Below are positions 27,850 to 35,230 of a stretch of DNA of 64,000 bases, in pieces. The stretch is from positions 1,039,113 through 1,103,112 of the forward strand of contig JAXLUM010000002.1 of NCBI GenBank assembly GCA_046329515.1. Reading direction: 5' to 3'. The translations under genes were made by a program, and so were the position numbers. Position 1 is the first letter of the stretch. Each line of letters starts with the position of its first letter. A model generated the notes under the pieces. It did not search any database, was not told where the DNA came from, and worked only from the letters and a program-made list of their open reading frames with translations. This DNA is from Chitinophagales bacterium. Its GTDB lineage: Bacteria; Bacteroidota; Bacteroidia; Chitinophagales; LD1.

Positions 27850-28767
27850 TTATGCAGAAATTAAACCAAGTATCCTTTTCAAAAAACCTTTCTCTTCATC
27901 AAACCTCGGCGCTTTTAATCCGGCTTCAAATTGCTGCACTGTAAGCGGATGCTGCTGATAAGGAATAGTGTTGACAGTTTTAGTGCCCACAGCCTTCATC
28001 CAGGGATTAAACTGCATGTAAAATTCGTGATCTACCTCCCACACTTTTATTTCAGTAGGCTGAGACGGATCTAAGTGATAGTGCACGGAAGGCACCTCGC
28101 CAGGAATTAAAATCAACTGTATAGCCAAGCGTAAATCCGGGGTGCGATTGGGACGGGTGTAGTGCACGATACTGTCATCCAGTATTACTGCGTTGCCCGC
28201 TTTGGTATCAATAGGCACCATATATTTACCAATCAACTCCTGCTTAATGTTATCCAACTCCCAGGGTATCATGGGCCCACGGAACTCGCCAAAACGCTTA
28301 TGACTGCCGGGTATTACTTCCAGTGTGCCGTTCTCGCGAGTGCTGTTTACCAAGGGGCACCAAATTGAAACGGAAGTATAGCGGCGCTCCTCCACAAAGG
28401 CCCAGTTCTGGTGTATGGGAACTTCGCCGGCATCGGTCTTTTTGCGGATGTAGTTTGCGATGATAGGTTTATAGTCGGCAAGGTAGTGTTTAACCTGTTC
28501 GGCAAACTCCTCCGTAATGATATCGAATACCTTCTTCTTGTATTCTGGGTTCTTATCAATAAACGTAAAGTCGTAAGTAATATCCGGCACATCCAGCGAG
28601 CTGATATCTTCCGGCTTTATCTGGCCACCGCTTTCGGGTAATGTTTCGAAGAACATTTTTTGCAGGCGCTGCACTTTATCAGCAACGATAAACGGCACCT
28701 GCACATAACCGTCTTTATCAAATTTTTTCTGGAGTTCAGCGGAGTTAAAAACCTTTCTCATACACAC
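27850..28767 (-). CDS. PhyH-family dioxygenase-like protein with H-x-N in place of H-x-D (paralog H)
   Basis: PIHQNWAF: the codons at 28405-28413 read CAC CAG AAC on the minus strand. NGTLEVIPGSH, IVHYTRPN and LRLA are retained. Confidence 0.7.
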   Translation of the reverse strand: MCMRKVFNSAELQKKFDKDGYVQVPFIVADKVQRLQKMFFETLPESGGQIKPEDISSLDVPDITYDFTFIDKNPEYKKKVFDIITEEFAEQVKHYLADYKPIIANYIRKKTDAGEVPIHQNWAFVEERRYTSVSIWCPLVNSTRENGTLEVIPGSHKRFGEFRGPMIPWELDNIKQELIGKYMVPIDTKAGNAVILDDSIVHYTRPNRTPDLRLAIQLILIPGEVPSVHYHLDPSQPTEIKVWEVDHEFYMQFNPWMKAVGTKTVNTIPYQQHPLTVQQFEAGLKAPRFDEEKGFLKRILGLISA

Positions 28768-28772
28768 ACATT

Positions 28773-29591
28773 TTAAATGTAATCGGCAATCTCATCTTCA
28801 ACTCTTCTAAAATACCACAAACCCGCGACAAACAAAAACAGCACAGGCAGCGCCGAGTAGAGATATTGAAGCGAGGGGCCCTGCCCGCCCACCAGCGCAA
28901 ACCTATAACCTTCTACCACAAATGCCAAGGGGTTGAAATACATAACATATGCAAGATTTGGAGGCAAAACGGTGCTTGGATAAAAAACAGGGGTTAACCA
29001 GATGGCAAAGTTGATGATGTAGGGAACAAAATGCTGAAAATCGCGGTAGCGGTAAGTAAGTGCGCTTATCCAGATACCTGCCGTTAATCCGCACAAAATA
29101 TGAAGCGCTAAAAACATGGGGAAATAAAAAATACTGATGCCGGGGTGCAAACGATAAAAGAACATAGCGCCTACAATAAGCACAAAGGAAAGCAGGAAGT
29201 CAACCCCTGCGGACAACACCTTGGCTAAAGGCAGAATGAGCTTAGGGAAGTATATTTTTTTCAGGATACTTTGCGATTCGATTAGGGAGTTACCGGCGCC
29301 AAAAGCCAGGTTGGTAAAGTAAGTCCAGCCAATCATGCCGGTTAAAGCGAAAATAGGATAGGGCAACGGGCGGGTATCTACACTAATAAGCCTGCCGAAA
29401 AAGAAAGTGAATATGATAACGGAAGGAAGGGGTTGCAGCAATAACCAGAACACGCCAAACAGGGTTTGGGCATATTTTATTTTGAGGTCGCGTTTTGCAA
29501 AGGTGATTACCAGATTTTTATAGCGAAAAACCTTCCTGAAATACTCTCGCGCGCCATCTCTTTCTTTGGTTATTACATGCGTATTTTCCAA
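28773..29591 (-). CDS. wzm: ABC-2 type polysaccharide exporter permease (Wzm-like)
   Basis: 272 aa with six TM helices. N-terminal RDLKIKYAQTLFGVFW motif typical of ABC-2/Wzm permeases. Confidence 0.8.
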   Translation of the reverse strand: MENTHVITKERDGAREYFRKVFRYKNLVITFAKRDLKIKYAQTLFGVFWLLLQPLPSVIIFTFFFGRLISVDTRPLPYPIFALTGMIGWTYFTNLAFGAGNSLIESQSILKKIYFPKLILPLAKVLSAGVDFLLSFVLIVGAMFFYRLHPGISIFYFPMFLALHILCGLTAGIWISALTYRYRDFQHFVPYIINFAIWLTPVFYPSTVLPPNLAYVMYFNPLAFVVEGYRFALVGGQGPSLQYLYSALPVLFLFVAGLWYFRRVEDEIADYI

Positions 29592-29686
29592 TACAGGAGA
29601 TTTACGGGCTAAGTTAAAAAAAACACCTCTAATAGGCGCCTTTTGTTTATACTCGCTTAACCTTTGCGGACGGTAAGCTACAGGGT

Positions 29687-30859
29687 ATGAAAGTTACAGA
29701 ATTAACCGATGTTATGATACCTCACCATATCCCGACCTTTACGGGACGAGAGTTTGATGTACTGAAAGAAGAATCGAAGAACGACCCCTCTTTTTTTGCA
29801 GCCAAAAAATTCGAGAAAAAATGTGCCGCCTTTTTTGCCGAGCAGTTTAAGGGCAGTAAGTTGTTATTTACAAGCAGCTGCGCACGTGCGCTCGAGCTTT
29901 CGGTAATGCTGGCGGGCATTAAACCGGGCGATGAAGTAATAATGCCCTCCTACACTTTTGTGGCCAGTGCCAACGCGGTAGCGCAATTTGGCGGGGTGCC
30001 GGTTTTTATAGATATGCGCCCGGACACGCTGAATATTAACGAAGAACTGATAGAGGCGGCTATAACCCCGCGCACCAAAGCCATTATGCCGGTGCATTAT
30101 GGCGGAGTAGGCTGCGAGATGGATGCTATTGTGCAGATAGCAGAAAAACACGGTCTGTACATAATTGAAGATGCTGCGCACGGCATACAGGCCGCATACA
30201 AAAACCGGCCACTTGGCAGTATTGGCCATTTGAACTGTTTGAGTTTTGACAGTATGAAAAATATTTCGTGCGGCGAGGGAGGACTGCTGATAATTACCCG
30301 GCCAGAGTTATTTGCACGGGCCGAAATTTGCTACGACCAGGGTACCGATCGCTTCCAATTTAATCGTGGAGAGGTTCCTTTCTTTCAATGGGTGGACGTT
30401 GGCAGCAATTTTAAAATGCACGATTACAATGCCGGCATACTTTGGGCGCAACTACAGGAAGCGGAGCGTATAACCCAAAAAAGGCTGGACGACTGGAATT
30501 ACTACTACCTGGCCCTTTTGCCTTTAAATAAGGAAGGGGAATTTGAGCTGCCTAGGGTGCCAGCACAATGCCAGCACAATGCGCACATCTTTTTTGTGCG
30601 GTTGCGTGATGAGAATGCTCGTAATCAACTGTTAAATTATTTGCGTGAAAGAAAAATATTTGCCACGCACCACTATTTACCTTTGCACCGTAGTGTTTAT
30701 GGCAAAATTGTCGGCCGCTTTAATGGCGAAGACCGCTACACTACTTCCGAAAGTTTACGTTTACTGCGCCTGCCATTATATTATGACATTGACCGTGCTG
30801 CGCAAAAACGAGTGATAGAAACTATTGCAGAATTTTGGGACAATAAACTGGCGAACTAA
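29687..30859 (+). CDS. DegT/DnrJ/EryC1-family sugar aminotransferase (WecE-like dTDP-4-keto-6-deoxyhexose 4-aminotransferase)
   Basis: PLP-lysine context LSFDSMKNISCGEGG. The MPSYTFVASANA and IIEDAAHG motifs resemble WecE. Confidence 0.8.
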   Translation: MKVTELTDVMIPHHIPTFTGREFDVLKEESKNDPSFFAAKKFEKKCAAFFAEQFKGSKLLFTSSCARALELSVMLAGIKPGDEVIMPSYTFVASANAVAQFGGVPVFIDMRPDTLNINEELIEAAITPRTKAIMPVHYGGVGCEMDAIVQIAEKHGLYIIEDAAHGIQAAYKNRPLGSIGHLNCLSFDSMKNISCGEGGLLIITRPELFARAEICYDQGTDRFQFNRGEVPFFQWVDVGSNFKMHDYNAGILWAQLQEAERITQKRLDDWNYYYLALLPLNKEGEFELPRVPAQCQHNAHIFFVRLRDENARNQLLNYLRERKIFATHHYLPLHRSVYGKIVGRFNGEDRYTTSESLRLLRLPLYYDIDRAAQKRVIETIAEFWDNKLAN

Positions 30860-32489
30860 ATTGAACCACTTGAGCGAATTCCTTTTCGACTTCGTCTAAC
30901 AGTTGTTGTTTTTCTTTTGTGCTGACATATAACCTTTCGGCAATAATATCCGCCAATCTTGGTAGATGATTTATGGTCTCATTGCGGCTAAAGAATATTT
31001 TGCTAGTACGGCGTATAGCAAAATCCGTCAGACGTGTGGTCATCTCATTCTCTATGGAGTATCCCAATTCTGCACCTAATAGATTCTCAATGGAAGACGA
31101 AGAGTTAGTAGGTAGCCTTTCTAAAATAAAACTAGTATTACACCCATAGCGGTAAAACCACTGCGAAACGATATTAGCAGATATGCCTGCTTGTTCTGCC
31201 TGCTTTAAAATTTGCTGACGTGTATAGTTGAAGTCTTCCTCGCTCTTAAACTCACCGCCACTAAGTCGGTAATGTTTTGTAAAGGAAGGGACATGCTTCT
31301 TTCCCAGTTTTTTTTCAGCAAGGTCAACAATTTTTTCAGCCATCAGGCGGTAGCCGGTAAGCTTACCACCCGCAATAGATATTAAACCTGAAGTGGAAAT
31401 CATTATTTCATCTTTACGCGAAAGCTCAGAGGCCGATTTGCCGTCTTCGTGAATTAAAGGGCGTAAACCTGCCCAACTTGATTGAATGTCGGCTAACTTA
31501 AGCTTAGCCTCGGGGAACATGTGGTTAGCTGCTTTCAACAGGTAGTCAGCATCAGCCTTAGTGCAGTTAGGGTTGTCGATAGTTTCATTATAAACAGTAT
31601 CGGTAGTGCCTACATAGGTTATGTTATCGCGCGGTATAGCGAATATCATTCGGCCATCGCCCACATCAAAATAAGCCGCCTGTTTAAGTGGTAAGCGTTC
31701 ATAAGGAAAAACCAGGTGCACGCCTTTAGTTAGCTGCAGGCGTTTGCCTTTAAGCGAGTTGTCTTCCTTGCGCAATAAATCAACCCAGGGGCCGCAGGCA
31801 TTTACAATTACTTTGGCTCTAATTTCAAATTCATTACCGGTGTTGTGGTCCTTTACAATAGCGGCTGTAATCTTACCCGCACTGTCGTACACAAATTTTT
31901 GTGACTCGGCATAGTTGAGCAATAATGCGCCATTGGCAAATGCACTTTTTGCCAGTTCAATAACAAGGCGCGAATCATCAGTACGATATTCAAAATACAA
32001 ACCGCCGCCCAGCAGGCCGCTGGTGTTTAGTAAGGGTTCGGCCTTATAGGTTTCGTGGCGGTCAAGCATTTTACGCCTTTCTTCTGCCTTAACACCGGCT
32101 AAAAGGTCGTAAACCAATAAGCCTACGGAAGTAGGTAATTTACCTAATGAGCCGCCCTCGACAATGGGCAGCAACATTTTTTCGGGTATAACCACGTGGC
32201 GCGCATTGCGGTGTACTACCGCCCGTTCGCTACCAACATCGCGCACCAGTTTAAACTCCATTTGCTTAAGGTAACGCAGGCCACCGTGTATTAATTTGGT
32301 AGAGCGCGAGCTGGTGCCGGAAGCAAAATCATTCTTTTCAATTAAGGCTACTTTCATGCCGCGCAGGGCAGCATCCAGCGCAATGCCACAACCGGTAATG
32401 CCACCGCCAATAACCAACAGGTCAAACTGTTGCGATGACATTTCCTGTATAAACTGCTCTCTGTAAAGGTTTGAAAAACTACGGGCCAC
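30822..32489 (-). CDS. glpD: FAD-dependent glycerol-3-phosphate dehydrogenase
   Basis: DLLVIGGGITGCGIALDAALRG dinucleotide fold, SSRSTKLIHGGLRYL motif, and length about 555 aa with a GlpD-type C-terminal domain. Confidence 0.85.
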   Translation of the reverse strand: MARSFSNLYREQFIQEMSSQQFDLLVIGGGITGCGIALDAALRGMKVALIEKNDFASGTSSRSTKLIHGGLRYLKQMEFKLVRDVGSERAVVHRNARHVVIPEKMLLPIVEGGSLGKLPTSVGLLVYDLLAGVKAEERRKMLDRHETYKAEPLLNTSGLLGGGLYFEYRTDDSRLVIELAKSAFANGALLLNYAESQKFVYDSAGKITAAIVKDHNTGNEFEIRAKVIVNACGPWVDLLRKEDNSLKGKRLQLTKGVHLVFPYERLPLKQAAYFDVGDGRMIFAIPRDNITYVGTTDTVYNETIDNPNCTKADADYLLKAANHMFPEAKLKLADIQSSWAGLRPLIHEDGKSASELSRKDEIMISTSGLISIAGGKLTGYRLMAEKIVDLAEKKLGKKHVPSFTKHYRLSGGEFKSEEDFNYTRQQILKQAEQAGISANIVSQWFYRYGCNTSFILERLPTNSSSSIENLLGAELGYSIENEMTTRLTDFAIRRTSKIFFSRNETINHLPRLADIIAERLYVSTKEKQQLLDEVEKEFAQVVQFSSPVYCPKILQ

Positions 32490-33154
32490 TACTTGCTATC
32501 CTCTTTTGGCGAGGATTTATCTCCTTTCTTCTTTTTTAATGTAAACAGCGGTATGCCAGCTGTTTTAATTTTTTCATAATCATCAGCCACTATGCGCAGG
32601 CGCTCGAAGCCGTTGCGCTTAAACAGTGAACCGGCAGTTATAGCGTCTAAAGCGGTGCTGCCGTAAACATAATAACTGTTGGTTGTTTCAAGGTTAGGCA
32701 GGGTAAGGGCAAGGTCGGCCAAGGGAATGTTTTCGGCATCCTCTAAACGTTCTTCTGCAAATTCTTCAGCGCTGCGTGTATCTATTAAATAAAACTCGTC
32801 AAACTGGTAGTCCATCTTTAGCTCGTCTGCCTCAATAAAAATCAGCATATCAATGGCATTGCCTGCTGCCTGCCATGCCTGAACGCCGCCCTGCAAATAC
32901 CCTTTTACATTAGCAAGGTTGGCGGCCCGAACAGCCTTTTGCAGTGCTGCCAGTTGGTTGTCATCTGCGATTAAAAGCAGTTGGTCGTCATCTTCAGTAA
33001 CATCAGCTAAACGAGCGGGGAATGATTCGTTAAAAAAAACAGCAAGCGAGCCGGGTATTTGCCCCAGCGAAAGCTCCTCTGCGCTACGTACATCAACTAT
33101 GGTATGGCCGGAATCAGCCAGTTTTTTAAACTCTTCTACTTCAAATGCCTGCAT
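32489..33154 (-). CDS. Tandem rhodanese-homology domain protein, cysteine-free (catalytically inactive type)
   Basis: Two IVDVRSAEE / LIDTRSAEEF rhodanese openings. The whole 221-aa translation contains no Cys. The positions where the active-site loop is expected, as far as I can place them by eye, read IADDN and VYGST. Confidence 0.65.
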   Translation of the reverse strand: MQAFEVEEFKKLADSGHTIVDVRSAEELSLGQIPGSLAVFFNESFPARLADVTEDDDQLLLIADDNQLAALQKAVRAANLANVKGYLQGGVQAWQAAGNAIDMLIFIEADELKMDYQFDEFYLIDTRSAEEFAEERLEDAENIPLADLALTLPNLETTNSYYVYGSTALDAITAGSLFKRNGFERLRIVADDYEKIKTAGIPLFTLKKKKGDKSSPKEDSK

Positions 33155-33189
33155 TGCCCGTATTTGGGCGCGAAATTACCGTAAGCTTA

Positions 33190-33498
33190 TCAGCTAGCCA
33201 AAAACTCGTTAACCGATTTTTCGATTGTGGCTAAAAGAATGTAGTTAACAGAATAGAAAATGAACTTTCCCTTACGTTCGGTTACCACCAGGCCGGCATC
33301 GCGCAAGATTTTAAGGTGCTGAGAGGTAACAGATTGCTCCAGCTTTAAGGTATTGTAAATTTTGTTGACGTTGGTGCCCGGGTTATGGGCAATAAACTCT
33401 ATCAACTGCATCCTGAGGGGATGAGCCACTGCTCTTAGTATTGAAACCGCTAGAGCCAAGTCCTTTTCGCTGAATAACTCTGATGCCGCGGACAGCAT
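33190..33498 (-). CDS. ArsR/SmtB-family transcriptional regulator
   Basis: 102 aa winged helix: LRAVAHPLRMQLIEFI ... SQHLKILRDAGLV. Confidence 0.8.
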   Translation of the reverse strand: MLSAASELFSEKDLALAVSILRAVAHPLRMQLIEFIAHNPGTNVNKIYNTLKLEQSVTSQHLKILRDAGLVVTERKGKFIFYSVNYILLATIEKSVNEFLAS

Positions 33499-33515
33499 TG
33501 ATAGGGGTATTAATT

Positions 33516-33569
33516 ATACTGTAAAGGTAATTCTTAAATCGCTAATTGTCAAGGTGAAGATACTGTAAA
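33516..33569. promoter_or_regulatory. Candidate operator: 10-bp direct repeat ATACTGTAAA x2 upstream of the arsR-like gene
   Basis: Exact copies at 33516-33525 and 33560-33569, in the AT-rich divergent intergenic region. A role is not demonstrated. Confidence 0.2.
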
Positions 33570-33797
33570 TTTTTGTTGTTTGTATGTAATAGTCAATCAA
33601 TTATCTTATTTAAATTCATTTAATATGTTATTATATTGTATGTTACAACATCTACTGTGTAAACGTTGTTTTGAGATATACAGAAATGCCGTAAAAAGCT
33701 ACAAAATCTACGTTTTTGAACCTTCTTTTTTAACGCGCCATTTTTTCGTTGGCGGTAAACTTTTAAATACATTAGGACAAGAAAAATTGAACCCTGC

Positions 33798-35060
33798 ATG
33801 AAAAAACATGTACTTACCGCAAGCTTTTTACTTTTTATAAGCGCAGCATTACTGGCCCAATGCCCCAATGGGCGGTACTACAACAAAATTTTTGGCGTTA
33901 CTACACACAGCAATGTGCAGTTTGGCAATGCCATGAAGTTTGACAGCACCTACCAAGACCTGTTTATGAATATTTACGAACCTGATGCCGATAACTTTGC
34001 GCACAGGCCCTTGATTATACTTGCCTTTGGCGGAAGCTTTACCGCAGGCATTAAAGAAAGCCCGGATATTGTGAACCTGTGTAATGAATTTACACGACGT
34101 GGTTATGTGTGTTCTTCTATTGATTACCGGTTGGGTTTTGAAGATGGCAACGATAGCGACACCAATCAGTTCCGCGCATTAATGCGTGGCGTGCAGGATA
34201 TGAAAGCTGCTGTGCGATTTTTCTATAAAGATGCTCTAACATCGAATACTTATCGCATTGATACCAGCCAGATATTTATTGGCGGCGTTTCAGCCGGTGC
34301 GTTTATAGGGTTGAACTATGCTTACGGCAAAATTGACACCTTCTCCATTATTCCACCGGTGTGGGCTTTCCCTACCGTTTTAGCCCTGGGCGGGCCCGAA
34401 GGTAACAGCGGCAACCCCGGTTACGGCACCAAAGTAAAAGGCGTAATTGATTTGTGCGGGGCGTTGGCTGATAGCGTTTGGATAATGCCGAACGACCCTA
34501 TACTTGTTGGGGTACACGGTTATGCTGATAGTTTGGTGCGCTGTCAGTTTGATAGCGCGTATGCTGCACAAGCAGTAGAGTCGCGCTTGTTTGGTACCTG
34601 CGATATAGAAACAAGAGCAACGAACGTTGGTTTGCCACACTCGCTTTACTTTTTTGAAGGTATGGGCCACGTTCCTTTTATACTGCCCACTGATCCATTA
34701 CATAATCCGTTGCCTTACATGGATACTACGGTATGGACCATCCGCGATTTTTTAGCGCCGAACACAGTGTGCGATAGCACCCAGTTTATTTCGGGCTTTG
34801 AGCCGGTGGAGGAAGGTGTGGCTGTTTCGGTTTTTCCTAACCCAAGTAGCGAGGGCATATTCGTTTCTTCCTCGCAAAGCAATGCGGTAATAGCGCGGGT
34901 GTTAAGTGTGGAAGGCAAGTTGTTAATGGAAGAAACCATTGCGCCTGACGAAACTATTTACATCAGCAAAAACCGTTTAAGTGAAGGCGTTTACCTTTTG
35001 CAGTTAACCGACAGGGTTCACCCGGAAAAGAAAAAGGTGGAGCGTTTGGTGTTTCAGTAA
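33798..35060 (+). CDS. Secreted alpha/beta-hydrolase (esterase/lipase-like) with T9SS C-terminal sorting domain
   Basis: Signal peptide, nucleophile elbow GGVSAGA, MGHVPF His region, and C-terminal VFPNPSSEGIFV ... GVYLLQL type A CTD. Confidence 0.7.
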   Translation: MKKHVLTASFLLFISAALLAQCPNGRYYNKIFGVTTHSNVQFGNAMKFDSTYQDLFMNIYEPDADNFAHRPLIILAFGGSFTAGIKESPDIVNLCNEFTRRGYVCSSIDYRLGFEDGNDSDTNQFRALMRGVQDMKAAVRFFYKDALTSNTYRIDTSQIFIGGVSAGAFIGLNYAYGKIDTFSIIPPVWAFPTVLALGGPEGNSGNPGYGTKVKGVIDLCGALADSVWIMPNDPILVGVHGYADSLVRCQFDSAYAAQAVESRLFGTCDIETRATNVGLPHSLYFFEGMGHVPFILPTDPLHNPLPYMDTTVWTIRDFLAPNTVCDSTQFISGFEPVEEGVAVSVFPNPSSEGIFVSSSQSNAVIARVLSVEGKLLMEETIAPDETIYISKNRLSEGVYLLQLTDRVHPEKKKVERLVFQ

Positions 35061-35230
35061 CTGCCGCCCCTATGGGGCTTACTCTACCTTTGTAAGCTTG
35101 TAACTACCAAACTAACGTCCCTACGGGACTATCCCCGGCATGACTTTTAAAACGGCCTCGTAGAGGCCCCGGTTTGGTAGGTTTTAGTTAGCAATGAAAA
35201 TAGAATCCCGTAGGGATGATACGCTATGAA
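35061..35230. repeat. Cluster of four REP-like mini-hairpins plus a 9-bp outer inverted repeat between convergent genes
   Basis: GCCCC-TAT-GGGGC (35066-78), GTCCC-TAC-GGGAC (35117-29), GGCCTC-GTA-GAGGCC (35154-68), ATCCC-GTA-GGGAT (35205-17). CTACCAAAC (35104-12) pairs with GTTTGGTAG (35172-80). Confidence 0.6.

Noticed and set aside
1-30859. RiPP interpretation (B12 radical SAM enzymes plus hydroxylases acting on a precursor peptide, proteusin-like)
   Set aside because: No plausible small precursor ORF with a leader/core organisation lies near either radical SAM gene. No peptidase or LanB/YcaO-type partner is present. The presence of wzm/wzt, GT2 genes and a sugar aminotransferase favours a glycan or lipid substrate. 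The idea is not fully excluded.
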